Shown: positions 26,863-39,600, counted from the stretch's first letter. The stretch: 64,000 nucleotides of DNA from Eledone cirrhosa (GCA_964016885.1 OZ024743.1:373860001-373924000); one strand, 5' to 3'. Notes: generated by a model not told the origin, from the sequence alone. Made by a program: numbers and translations.

Positions 26863-27656
26863 TTCTTCTGGTTATATAATTTCACAAATATTTACCAATA
26901 GAGAGAGAGAGTCGGTTTCTAACATAGTTACAAGACTCTTTCATTGGAATTTACACAACATCAACTAGGTAGATATGTCTGCATATCTGCATGCATGTGT
27001 AGGTATGGATGTTATTGTATGTGTGGATGTGTATGCTTTGAGTTGTATGTGTGCATGTGTATATGCTTTGTATCTGTACATGTGTATATGCAGTTATTAG
27101 ATGCAACATTTTTGGAATGTTTTACATATTTTTACTCTTCCATTAATAGATTGTACTTGTAATTTCCTAAGTAGTTGTGTTCTTTCTGTTCCTGTGAAGC
27201 CCAGCTTCTCAAGATTTTTATTGAGGCAGTTACTAACATACTCCAGTGCTCCAATAATCACAGGCATAAATCTGAAGGTGTAATCAGGGTGGAGTATCTG
27301 CAGATTTCTCATCAGCTCTGCATAAATATTCTCCTTTTCACTAATCTTTGATATTATATTGGCATCTGCTGGGCAGCTAATTTCCACTACTGTGCATGCC
27401 TTCTTCTCCCTGTCCCATATCATAATATCTGGTCTGTTATGCCTGCATTTTATTGGGGTTTTTACTGGAACATTCCATCAGTACTCTTTCATATTATGTA
27501 TATGGATGTCTTCCACATTGCTGTAGTTTTTAATGTGTTTATTATCGGGGCTATATTTTCTACGGATTGCATTGTACAGTGTTTTGGCCACTACATTATG
27601 CCTCATAGGTAGATAGTACCGCGATGACATCTTTGGACAGCTGCTTATGACATGGG
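26863..27656 (-). mobile_element. R4/Dong-clade LINE, second 5'-truncated copy in tandem
   Basis: Homologous to 25712-26520 and flanked on both sides by (TATG)n. Confidence 0.88.
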
Positions 27657-27719
27657 TATGTATGTATGTATGTATGTATGTATGTATGTATGTATGTATG
27701 TGTTTGATTATATTTTTCT

Positions 27720-29150
27720 TAATCGAATGTAATATTCCCTGGTTACACGTTCCTTGTTACATATACCATCATATGATATATTCGCATCTATCCCTAGGTA
27801 TCTGTAACAGTCATCGTAGATATCGGTGAAACAGTTAGGCCATTGATAAAAATGTTAGATTGGCTTGTAGTTTTTCCTCGCTTTACAATCATATATGAAC
27901 TTTTATCTTGGCCAAACTCCATTCCTATATCCTTTGAAAACGCTGTAAATAGGTCAAGGTTCTATTTCATTCCATTTATGTTCTTGGCATACAGTTTCAG
28001 GTCATCCACAAATAAATTATGGGTTAGGTTTGTATTTCTATCCTCCTGTGAGCCAATGATGTATCGTTCACATTTCTTGAGCAGAAAGGTCAAGGGTTTA
28101 ACGACACAATAAATAGTAACACCGAGAGACTGTCTCTTTGAAATATACTCCTGTGATATACTATTTTATCAGAAAAAATAGTCGTCCTTCTCTGTTTTTA
28201 ACTTTATGATAGTAGCCCAAGAAGAAGACAGCTTCTCTGTGGCTCTGATAATAATGTCTGGGACTTTAGCAAGTCGGAGGGCCTCTATCATCCAAGAGTG
28301 GAGGACAGAATCAAATTCTTTAATGGAGTCCAGCCAGACTGTAGCCATATTTCCCTTATGTTGCCGCACATCTGACATCGCGGTTTTGTTAATTAGGCGT
28401 TGTTCAGCACATCCCCAAACACCTTTCTTCCCAGTTGCTTGCTCCTCTATGATGATGTTATTATTGTCACAGTGATCTTGGAGAAATAGGTTCAGGCTGT
28501 ATACATTTATTACATTAGGTTTTTGGCATGCAGTGTGTCCGTGTTCTTTGCCAAGTGGGTGTCTTTGTTCTGTGGGACTAATGTTGTTTGTGCAAATGTC
28601 AACCACCCTGGTATAGGGGCATATCCCTTGAGAGCTTGCTGGTAGAGGTCGATAAGATATATCTTTCCTGGTGTTTTCTTATCTTGGAGTTTTCCTATCA
28701 TTGTCTCAAGGGCAGGATCATTTATTCTGTATGTTCTTGTTGTAGCGTAGGGGCGGTAGTTCTTTTGGATCTCTTTCAGCCACACTGCATTTTGGGATGA
28801 GGCCTCATCGACATTTATCATTTTACTTTTGATATCTCTATAGACTGATGTTTGGTTTCGTCTATAACTTTTATTAATCATTTTCCTTTCAGCCACCCTC
28901 TTCTGGTATCGAAGTTTCTTTCTGACATCTATCTATTCTTGTTTGAGGGTGATCAGCTTCTATTGTTTGCATGTGGAGAGCATTGTCACATATCCTATAG
29001 TTTTTCGTAGGTCAGCAATCTTTTTTCCTATTTTTGTAATATATGATGGCATTTTTGTGTTGTTTTGTTTTTGTTAACATCTCTGTTATTACCAAGATAA
29101 TGTTTCACTGTCGTTACCAGGGCATATAAACAGACGTTGATTTGCCAAAA
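27720..29150 (-). pseudogene. degraded R4/Dong-clade reverse transcriptase
   Basis: EEQATGKKGVWGC, WLDSIKEFDSV and FVDDLKLY motifs, with stops and frameshifts. Confidence 0.82.
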
Positions 29151-29233
29151 TGTAGGTGCTTCAATTTGTCATAAATATTCACCCCCCACCAATTTCATGC
29201 AAAATTTCATATGTATGTTTGTATGTATATATG

Positions 29234-29355
29234 CAGTGGCGGACTGGCCAGGTTGTCAGGTTGCCCAATGGCAAGTGGGCCCTAGGGGGACCACGGTAGC
29301 ATTGCAGGAGCCCATAGTAGGATTGTAGGGCCCACTGTAGTATTTTAGGGGTCAA
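29234..29355. mobile_element. left part of an hAT-like MITE (TIR CAGTGGCGGACTGG)
   Basis: Homologous to 35164-35283. Confidence 0.8.
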
Positions 29356-29419
29356 TATTTAACTTTCAAAAAATACCTGAAGTCTAAGAGAAAGAAATCT
29401 TATGGAACACCAACATGAT

Positions 29420-29875
29420 TTAGAAGTGGACCTTAAGTAGGAGCAATAACATTAGAAAGACATGAATGTAGCACATCATTTTGTTTTGAAAATAGGTTTA
29501 AAAGTATGAATTTTCATAAGCCATTTGTAGTTGTCTCTGTGGCCTAGCGGTAGGTACTAGAGAAGGTGGATATTCAGGTCTTGGGTTCAATCCTGGTCAA
29601 GAGGTACATGTAGTCTTTTCAGTTTTTATTTTACATTCCATGAGAAAAAACTGAAAAGGTTTACTGGGAGCCCTACTCGCTACTCTCGACCAGGATCGAA
29701 CTTCAGACCAGGATGCCCAGCGTCTATGATTCCTCCAAATAGGCCGCGGAGACAGCTACAAAAGTATAATGAAAATTAATAATTATAAACCTACTTTCAA
29801 AATCAAAGTTTGAAAGATGTGGTGTAGTTCATGGCTTTCCTAGAGCTATTAGTCATATTTAGGGTCGACTTGTCA
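29420..29875. mobile_element. degenerate foldback element with tRNA-like arms
   Basis: 29420-29605 is a diverged reverse complement of 29680-29875. The left arm has an A-box TGGCCTAGCGG and a B-box GGTTCAATCC. Confidence 0.65.
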
Positions 29876-29964
29876 AACTTCTGGGTTTTTGGTAACAACC
29901 CTATTATTCTTATGTGTGTTTAACTGTTGAATTACTTTAATTTGATTATTTTAAAAAGCAAATA

Positions 29965-30026
<62 letters not shown>

Positions 30027-30028
30027 CA

Positions 30029-30079
30029 GGCTTCCTGATGATTTCTCCCGAATGAAACAGTTCTATTCATGTAGAAGCT
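30029..30079 (+). ncRNA. type I hammerhead ribozyme
   Basis: GGCUUC-CUGAUGA-U UUC uccc GAA U-GAAA-CA guucuauuca UG-UA-GAAGCU, triplet GUA. It forms an ~65-bp island inside (TA)n. Confidence 0.8.
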
Positions 30080-30158
30080 ATTTGTATATTAAATATATAT
30101 ATATATATGGCGTAGGACAGAACAAAGGAGAGGCATAGAAACAAAGAAAGGAATCCCC

Positions 30159-30203
30159 AGTCACTGAAGAGGTCACAGATTGTGGGACGAAAGAACTATG
30201 ACT
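30159..30203 (+). ncRNA. minimal type I hammerhead ribozyme
   Basis: AGUCA-CUGAAGA-GG UCACA gau UGUGG GAC-GAAA-G aa C-UA-UGACU. Stem I is a perfect 5 bp and the triplet is CUA. Confidence 0.72.
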
Positions 30204-30378
30204 ATATATAAACAACTATCTGGTTGTGGAACCAACCAACCAACCAGAAATTTATAAATTTATAAATTTATTATAAATTTATTATAATAAATTGAAGTGA
30301 AAGCAACTGGTGCGTGTGTTTCTTACTGGCAACATGACCCTCCCAAAGTATAACAATATATATATATATATGTATATA

Positions 30379-30509
<131 letters not shown>

Positions 30510-30575
30510 GACGTAAAATAAGAAAATATTTTTTTAAAAAAATTTTAAAAAAATTTTTTACTTACTTAAATTTCC

Positions 30576-30657
30576 ACTCCAACTAATTAGTTTCTGCAAT
30601 GGGATAAAGACAGTTACGTAATCCAACTGTCGAGAATTCATTGCGTCATCAGGGAGT
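30576..30657 (-). ncRNA. type I hammerhead, array unit 1
   Basis: ACUCC-CUGAUGA-C GCAAUG..GACAGUUG gauuacg UAACUGUC..CAUUGC A-GAAA-CUAAUUAG-UU-GGAGU. Confidence 0.85.
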
Positions 30658-31135
30658 CTATTCTCAGTTAAGTCTCCAGGCAATGCGCGGACACTGGCGG
30701 CTCATATAAAAATAATAATAATTCGGTAGATCGAACAGCTTGCGAGGACTGGATTCTATGTACCGAAATTCTCACTGCTTCAAGTCAAATGGCCGATTCT
30801 AAAGAATCAATCACGTGACACAGAGGCTAGTTAGAAGGAATGGGATGGTAAGATGACTGACGCCTACTAACACCCCCAAAAAAAAAATTTTTTTAGAAGT
30901 GGTTTTGACAAGTTTGCTCGACAAATCAGTGATTTGGAGATAAATATAGATAATTTAATATATCAACTAACATAAGCGCACAGATGCACGCCCATGCCAG
31001 CAAATACACAGGTTATGTCATAGTACCTAGGTGGTTCAATGCAGGAGAATGCAGAACAATAATATAAAGGACGTAAAATAAGAAAATATTTTTTTAAAAA
31101 AATTTAAAAAAAATTTTTTACTTACTTAAATTTCC

Positions 31136-31217
31136 ACTCCAACTAATTAGTTTCTGCAATGGGATAAAGACAGTTACGTAATCCAACTGTCGAGAATTCA
31201 TTGCGTCATCAGGGAGT
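31136..31217 (-). ncRNA. type I hammerhead, array unit 2
   Basis: Same sequence as 30576-30657. Confidence 0.85.
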
Positions 31218-31703
31218 CTATTCTCAGTTAAGTCTCCAGGCAATGCGCGGACACTGGCGGCTCATATAAAAATAATAATAATTCGGTAGATCGAACAGCT
31301 TGCGAGGACTGGATTCTATGTACCGAAATTCTCACTGCTTCAAGTCAAATGGCCGATTCTAAAGAATCAATCACGTGACACAGAGGCTAGTTAGAAGGAA
31401 TGGGATGGTAAGATGACTGACGCCTACTAACACCCCCCAAAAAAAAAAAAAAAATTTTTTTTAGAAGTGGTTTTGACAAGTTTGCTCGACAAATCAGTGA
31501 TTTGGAGATAAATATAGATAATTTAATATATCAACTAACATAAGCGCACAGATGCACGCCCATGCCAGCAAATACACAGGTTATGTCATAGTACCTAGGT
31601 GGTTCAATGCAGGAGAATGCAGAACAATAATATAAAGGACGTAAAATAAGAAAATATTTTTTTAAAAAAATTTAAAAAAAATTTTTTACTTACTTAAATT
31701 TCC

Positions 31704-31785
31704 ACTCCAACTAATTAGTTTCTGCAATGGGATAAAGACAGTTACGTAATCCAACTGTCGAGAATTCATTGCGTCATCAGGGAGT
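31704..31785 (-). ncRNA. type I hammerhead, array unit 3
   Basis: Same sequence as 30576-30657. Confidence 0.85.
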
Positions 31786-32267
31786 CTATTCTCAGTTAAG
31801 TCTCCAGGCAATGCGCGGACACTGGCGGCTCATATAAAAATAATAATAATTCGGTAGATCGAACAGCTTGCGAGGACTGGATTCTATGTACCGAAATTCT
31901 CACTGCTTCAAGTCAAATGGCCGATTCTAAAGAATCAATCACGTGACACAGAGGCTAGTTAGAAGGAATGGGATGGTAAGATGACTGACGCCTACTAACA
32001 CCCCCCAAAAAAAAAAAATTTTTTTTAGAAGTGGTTTTGACAAGTTTGCTCGACAAATCAGTGATTTGGAGATAAATATAGATAATTTAATATATCAACT
32101 AACATAAGCGCACAGATGCACGCCCATGCCAGCAAATACACAGGTTATGTCATAGTACCTAGGTGGTTCAATGCAGGAGAATGCAGAACAATAATATAAA
32201 GGACGTAAAATAAGAAAATATTTTTTAAAAAAAATTTTAAAAAAATTTTTTACTTACTTAAATTTCC

Positions 32268-32349
32268 ACTCCAACTAATTAGTTTCTGCAATGGGATAAA
32301 GACAGTTACGTAATCCAACTGTCGAGAATTCATTGCGTCATCAGGGAGT
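32268..32349 (-). ncRNA. type I hammerhead, array unit 4
   Basis: Same sequence as 30576-30657. Confidence 0.85.
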
Positions 32350-32829
32350 CTATTCTCAGTTAAGTCTCCAGGCAATGCGCGGACACTGGCGGCTCATATA
32401 AAAATAATAATAATTCGGTAGATCGAACAGCTTGCGAGGACTGGATTCTATGTACCGAAATTCTCACTGCTTCAAGTCAAATGGCCGATTCTAAAGAATC
32501 AATCACGTGACACAGAGGCTAGTTAGAAGGAATGGGATGGTAAGATGACTGACGCCTACTAACACCCCAAAAAAAAAAAAATTTTTTTAGAAGTGGTTTT
32601 GACAAGTTTGCTCGACAAATCAGTGATTTGGAGATAAATATAGATAATTTAATATATCAACTAACATAAGCGCACAGATGCACGCCCATGCCAGCAAATA
32701 CACAGGTTATGTCATAGTACCTAGGTGGTTCAATGCAGGAGAATGCAGAACAATAATATAAAGGACGTAAAATAAGAAAATATTTTTTTAAAAAAATTTT
32801 AAAAAAATTTTTTACTTACTTAAATTTCC

Positions 32830-32911
32830 ACTCCAACTAATTAGTTTCTGCAATGGGATAAAGACAGTTACGTAATCCAACTGTCGAGAATTCATTGCGT
32901 CATCAGGGAGT
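32830..32911 (-). ncRNA. type I hammerhead, array unit 5
   Basis: Same sequence as 30576-30657. Confidence 0.85.
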
Positions 32912-33450
32912 CTATTCTCAGTTAAGTCTCCAGGCAATGCGCGGACACTGGCGGCTCATATAAAAATAATAATAATTCGGTAGATCGAACAGCTTGCGAG
33001 GACTGGATTCTATGTACCGAAATTCTCACTGCTTCAAGTCAAATGGCCGATTCTAAAGAATCAATCACGTGACACAGAGGCTATGACATAACCTGTGTAT
33101 TTGCTGGCATGGGCGTGCATCTGTGCGCTTATGTTAGTTGATATATTAAATTATCTATATTTATCTCCAAATCACTGATTTGTCGAGCAAACTTGTCAAA
33201 ACCACTTCTAAAAAAAATTTTTTTTTTTTTTGGGGTGTTAGTAGGCGTCAGTCATCTTACCATCCCATTCCTTCTAACTAGCCTCTGTGTCACGTGATTG
33301 ATTCTTTAGAATCGGCCATTTGACTTGAAGCAGTGAGAATTTCGGTACATAGAATCCAGTCCTCGCAAGCTGTTCGATCTACCGAATTATTATTATTTTT
33401 ATATGAGCCGCCAGTGTCCGCGCATTGCCTGGAGACTTAACTGAGAATAG

Positions 33451-33532
33451 ACTCCCTGATGACGCAATGAATTCTCGACAGTTGGATTACGTAACTGTCT
33501 TTATCCCATTGCAGAAACTAATTAGTTGGAGT
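33451..33532 (+). ncRNA. type I hammerhead, inverted unit 1
   Basis: Reads directly on the plus strand: actcc ctgatga cgcaatg ... cattgca gaaa ctaattag tt ggagt. Confidence 0.85.
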
Positions 33533-34012
33533 GGAAATTTAAGTAAGTAAAAAATTTTTTTAAAATTTTTTTAAAAAAATATTTTCTTATTTTACGTCCT
33601 TTATATTATTGTTCTGCATTCTCCTGCATTGAACCACCTAGGTACTATGACATAACCTGTGTATTTGCTGGCATGGGCGTGCATCTGTGCGCTTATGTTA
33701 GTTGATATATTAAATTATCTATATTTATCTCCAAATCACTGATTTGTCGAGCAAACTTGTCAAAACCACTTCTAAAAAAATTTTTTTTTTTTTGGGGTGT
33801 TAGTAGGCGTCAGTCATCTTACCATCCCATTCCTTCTAACTAGCCTCTGTGTCACGTGATTGATTCTTTAGAATCGGCCATTTGACTTGAAGCAGTGAGA
33901 ATTTCGGTACATAGAATCCAGTCCTCGCAAGCTGTTCGATCTACCGAATTATTATTATTTTTATATGAGCCGCCAGTGTCCGCGCATTGCCTGGAGACTT
34001 AACTGAGAATAG

Positions 34013-34094
34013 ACTCCCTGATGACGCAATGAATTCTCGACAGTTGGATTACGTAACTGTCTTTATCCCATTGCAGAAACTAATTAGTTGGAGT
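34013..34094 (+). ncRNA. type I hammerhead, inverted unit 2
   Basis: Same as 33451-33532, 562 bp downstream. Confidence 0.85.
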
Positions 34095-34280
34095 GGAAAT
34101 TTAAGTAAGTAAAAAATTTTTTTAAAATTTTTTTTAAAAAAATATTTTCTTATTTTACGTCCTTTATATTATTGTTCTGCATTCTCCTGCATTGAACCAC
34201 CTAGGTACTATGACATAACCTGTGTATTTGCTGGCATGGGCGTGCATCTGTGCGCTTATGTTAGTTGATATATTAAATTA

Positions 34281-34347
<67 letters not shown>

Positions 34348-34354
34348 ATATATG

Positions 34355-34452
<98 letters not shown>

Positions 34453-34519
34453 CAAAGTTTAGCAAATAAGAAAAAGTTTTAAAATAAATTTTAAAAAGTT
34501 CACTGTACCTGCTGTAATT

Positions 34520-34604
34520 ACCCTTACCGTACGGTTTCAGGTCTCAAAATAAATGGATAATCCACGCGGAAATCCATTGAAAAGGAAGACTCTCGTCAGA
34601 GGGT
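34520..34604 (-). ncRNA. type I hammerhead ribozyme
   Basis: ACCCU-CUGACGA-GA GUCUU..AAUGGAU..AUCCAUU..GAGAC CU-GAAA-CCGUACGG-UA-AGGGU. Stem III is palindromic and the triplet is GUA. The module 34450-34725 lies in (TA)n. Confidence 0.87.
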
Positions 34605-34727
34605 TCTTTTCGCTCGGAGAATATAAAATTCCCGAGTTCAAATCACGAACTGACGCTATTCAAAATTGTTCCAGAGATGAGAGTGAATGATGAAGAAGCA
34701 ATTCTGTCTAGTGCGTGTAAAGATAGA

Positions 34728-34763
<36 letters not shown>

Positions 34764-34784
34764 GCATATGTATATATATATATA

Positions 34785-34960
34785 CAGTGGCAGACTTGCC
34801 AGGTTGCCAGGTTGCCCAATGGCAAGCTGGCCCCAGGGGGTCCACAGTAGCATTCCAGGGCCCACTGTAGTATTTTTAGGGACCAACGCTAGCATTCTAT
34901 ATATAGGTCGGCCCCCTTCATGTCCTGGCAACCAATATTTTTAGACCCAGTCAGCCACTG
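34785..34960. mobile_element. hAT-like MITE
   Basis: TIRs CAGTGGCAGACT ... CCAGTCAGCCACTG. Confidence 0.85.
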
Positions 34961-35163
34961 CTAACTACTGTACTCTACATTAAATAATGTAGTCCTAGAT
35001 ACACTATGTCTGATAGCCACTAATACTAACAACTATACAGTACATTAGATAATGTAGTCCTAGATATATTATGTCTGATACCCACTAATACTAACTACTA
35101 TATTGTACATTAGAAAATGTAGTCCTAGATATACTATGTCTGATAGCCACTAATACTAACTAC
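34961..35163. repeat. 65-bp tandem repeat x3 plus 8 bp
   Basis: Units start at 34961, 35026, 35091 and 35156 (CTAACTAC...CCACTAATA). Confidence 0.9.
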
Positions 35164-35359
35164 CAGTGGCGGACGGGCCAGGTTTCCAGGTTGCCCAATG
35201 GCAGGTGGGCCCTAGGGGGACCACGGTAGCATTACAGGAGCCCACAGTAGCATTGCAGGGCCCACTGTAGTATTTTAGGGGCCAATGCTAGCATTCTATA
35301 TGTAGGTAGGCCCCCTTCATCTCCTGGCAACCAATATTTTTAGACCCAGTCCGCCACTG
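35164..35359. mobile_element. hAT-like MITE
   Basis: TIRs CAGTGGCGGACGGG ... CCAGTCCGCCACTG. Confidence 0.88.
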
Positions 35360-35904
35360 TATATATGTAAGTATGTATGTATGTAAGTATGTATGTATGT
35401 ATGTATGTATGTATGTATGTATGTATGTATGTATGTATGTATATAATTTCTACACTCTCTCCCCACCATCACATGTCATTACCCTATCTAGACTAAAGTC
35501 ATCGACCTGTTGTCAAACTCTCTACTCTCTGTTGAATGTGTATATATATATGTGTGTGTATGTATATGTGTGTATATACATCACTCAGTCAAACGACCAG
35601 ATTTCAACCCCAACATCTACAACAACAACACCGGCACTAATGTTTACAGCAACAACAGCTTCAGAATGAACTGAAATGAACATTTACAACAACAACAACA
35701 ACAACAACAACAGCGGCATCAAAAGATTAAAAAAAAAGAAAAAGAGGGGAAAAAAAACGAAAAAAAAAACTCTAAATAACAAAACACACACACACACGCA
35801 CACAACACAACAACAACATCAACTGCCACCACCACCACTACCGCCGCCGCCATCACCATCACCAGCGACCGGGCCTTAAGAAAACAACTTTAATAATAAT
35901 TTTT

Positions 35905-36046
35905 CTGCTGTTGGCACGTATCCAGCGACTGCTCCAGCGCATCACTGGTACTCTCTTTTGTTGACTCCGTGGGGATGAAAGGCAAGGTTGACCTCGGCGG
36001 GATTTGAACTCAGAGCGTGGAGGGCCGTGACTCTATGCTGTAAAGC
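35905..36046 (-). mobile_element. tRNA-derived SINE, diverged copy
   Basis: GGATGAAAGGCAAGGTTGACCTCGGCGGGATTTGAACTCAG, as at 16527-16567. Confidence 0.75.
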
Positions 36047-36312
36047 AATTATAATAATACTGGACTGTAGTACGATCGGCTTCAACTATACAAACTCTTG
36101 AAAGTCAACAGTTGACATAATCTTGTAATCTTGTATCAGTAATGACGGTAATATATATATATATATGTGTGTGTGTGTGTAAGTGAGTAGAGTAGCGTGT
36201 GTGTGTTTGTTTGTATGTATGAGTGTTGCTGTGTGCGCGCATATGTATGCGCGTGTGTGTATGTCGTACGTATAAGTGTCAATAAGTGATTTTTTTTTTT
36301 TTTTTTTTTGTG

Positions 36313-36614
36313 CGGGGACATAGAAATAATCGGGCTGGATGCCCGATCGCGCAGTTAAACCACTGGGAGTGAAGAAACCCTAGCCCTTGTCAGGGCATTC
36401 TTCTAGGAGAAGGCATCTCAGGAAACTGGGTTAACTCCGATATAAAACCTGCGGCTCAGTAGTTACCGATGATGTTGATTTTTTCTTCTTTTCGGGTTAT
36501 AGCTACTGTCGCTCAGAGAGTGGGATTGGCTCAGTGCACAGTCTTTCCTCACTTTAAAAATATTCGTCACGCACAGGCATTGCACGAGTGCATTAATAAT
36601 TATTAATAGTGTAC

Positions 36615-36650
<36 letters not shown>

Positions 36651-39600
36651 TATTATTACTTTTTTTTTTTTTTTTTTTTTCTTCCAATTCAATGATGTTC
36701 CAGAACAATATAAAAGAGATAATTGGCAATTTAGGTTCTGGAACAAAAAAGATCATTGGCAATAAGGGCAGGGGCCCCAGGTTATCACAGCCTGGGCCCG
36801 CTCGTCATCGTGCCATTGTAATAGAGCCAAACAAGGCATTTAGTCTTGGCTGCTGGAACGTACGGACGCTGCTTGACAGGGATTCCTTGGAGCGTCCTGA
36901 ACGAAGGACCGCTCTTGTTGCAAAGGAGCTTCGACGTTGCGATCTTGACATCGTGGCTTTATCTGAGACGAGGTTAGCTGGAGATGGTCATCTTACGGAA
37001 TTTTGTGGAGAATATACATTCTTCTGGAAAGGAAGAGATGAAGGAACCAGAAGAGAGGCTGGGGTAGGATTTGCTGTTAAGACTGTGCTTGTGAACAAAT
37101 TAGAAGAATTCCCAGTAGGGATTAGTGAGCGTCTTATGTCCAGGAGAGTTCCGCTGGACAAGGGAAGATATGCTACCCTGGTGAGTGTGTATGCTCCAAC
37201 TATGAGTTCTGTCGATGAGGAAAAGGTGTCCTTTTACCATGCCTTGAAAGGTGTTTTAAGAAATATCCCTCAGGCAGACAAAGTCATCGTGCTTGGTGAC
37301 TTTAATGCTAGAGTGGGTAGAGATTTTAACACATGGAATGTAATCGGAAGGCATGGGGTGGGAAAGTGTAACAGCAATGGTATGCTCCTGCTGCAGATGT
37401 GTGAGGAGCTGGATCTGTGTGTTACCAACACCATGTTCCAACAAAAGAACAAATTCAAGACCACATGGATGCATCCTGCATCTAAGGAATGGCATCTTTT
37501 GGACTACGTCCTAGTCAGGATGCGTGACAGACAGGATGTGCAGTGTGTTCGTGTTCTTCGTGGAGCTGAGTGCTGGACGGACCACCGCCTGGTACGCGCA
37601 AAAGTGAAACTAATCACTAAACGTAAAATCCGGGCTCCTGGTGTTGCCCTGCCCAAAAGATTGAATGCTGCTCGTCTTAAGGATAAAAATGTGAAGAGGA
37701 CATTGGAAGAAGAGATTCAGGCTGCAGATCTTGGTGAGGATTGGCCGACCCTTAAAAAGTCGGTTTATGATGTAGGCAGGCGTGTTCTGAGATTGGCGCA
37801 GAGGAAACATCAGGACTGGTTTGATGAGAATGATGTACATATAGAAGACTTGTTGGCTGATAAGAGGCGTGCTCTGTCACGCTACTTGACGGCAAAACCA
37901 CAGGAGAGGAATACGTTGCATGAGGAACTCAGGGATGTAAAATCACGTGTTAGGCGGAGTCTTTCTCAGATGAAGGATCAGTGGTGGAGTGAGAAGGCTG
38001 GTGAGATACAAACTGCGTCTGATTCCAATAACACAAAGCTGTTGTACAGTCTCTTGCGTGAGGTTTATGGACCGTCTTCTTCTCTGGTGACACCGCTTCG
38101 CAGCAAGGATGGCAAAGAACTTCTTCGTGACTCACAAGGAATTCTACGAAGGTGGCGAGAGCACTTTGATGATCTTTTGAATCAGCCGTCTGTCGTCAGT
38201 GAAGATTTCCTCAATCTCATTCCAGAAAGTCCTGTGAAAGTAGCTCTCGCAGAACTTCCGACACTTGTGGAGGTTGCAGTGGCTATTTCGAAGCTGAACA
38301 GTGGAAGATCTCCAGGTATGGATGGCATACATGCTGAGCTCCTACAATATGGTGGCGAGAGACTCCTGCAACATCTTCACTCTCTGTTTGGCACGATATG
38401 GGCTAATGAATCCGTACCTGAGGACTGGAGAGATGCAGTAATGGTGGTCTTGTACAAGGGAAAGGGTAACAGGAACGATTGTGGGAACTACAGAGGTATA
38501 TCATTGCTTTCTGTCGTAGGGAAAGTTTTATGTAGGGTGCTTCTGGACCGTCTGCTGACACACATTGCAGATTGTGTTCTTCCTGAAAGTCAATCTGGTT
38601 TTTGTGCTGGATGCGGCACTACTGATATGATCTTCTCAGGAGAAGTGCATGGAACAAGGCTTGGATCTGTATCAGGTTTTTGTCGATCTGACAAAAGCTT
38701 TCGATACTGTTAACAGAGATGCATTATGGAAGGTTCTCCAGAAACTTGGTTGCCCTGATAAGTTCCTTGCTTTAGTTAGATCTTTCCATGACGACATGAA
38801 GGCTTGGGTTAATGTCGGGGGTAACATGTCGGAGCCTATCTCAGTAAAAAATGGAGTGAAACAGGGGGATATTCCAGCACCGACCCTGTTTGCCGTATAC
38901 TTTGCAATGGTTTTCTGTATTGTATTCACAAATTTCGAGCATGGTGTTTACATCCGATATCGAACCTCAGGCAGCATATTTAACATCAGGCGCTTTGCTG
39001 CGAAGACAAAAGTGTTTACATCAATTATAAGAGACCTCTTGTATGCAGATGATTGCGATCTTGTAGCGCACACAGAGAGTGATATGCAGCACATTTTGAA
39101 TGCATTTTCTGACGCTTGCACTGCCCTAGGTCTGACTGTCAGTCTCAAGAAAACCGTCGTCATGTACCAACCTGCCTCTGGTAAGCAGTACACTGAACCA
39201 AACATCTATGTGTATGGCAAACAACTTGGAGTGGTTGATCAGTGTGTCTACCTGGGAAGCACTGTCAATCGATACAGCAACCTTGACAGTGAAATCTCAC
39301 TTAGGATTAGGAAAGCAAGTGATGCTTTCGGAAAGCTAGAAAGGCGACTCTGGGGTCGGCGAGACATATGCAGGAGGACAAAGGTAAAGGTGTACAGGGC
39401 ATGTGTGCTCTCTTGTCTTCTTTATGCCTGCGAGACCTGGGTCACATATCGACACCACCTTAAGCAATTGGAGCGTTTCCATCAGATGTGTCTCAGACGG
39501 ATCCATGGCGTTCACTGGAGGGACCACATCAATGATGTCGAGATTTTGGAAAGCTCTATGTGTGACAAGATAGAAGCTCTTGTGCTTAAGCAACGACTCC

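Noticed and set aside
29530-29605. tRNA gene
   Set aside because: A and B boxes are present, but there is no clean cloverleaf or anticodon arm. It is part of a degenerate repeat.
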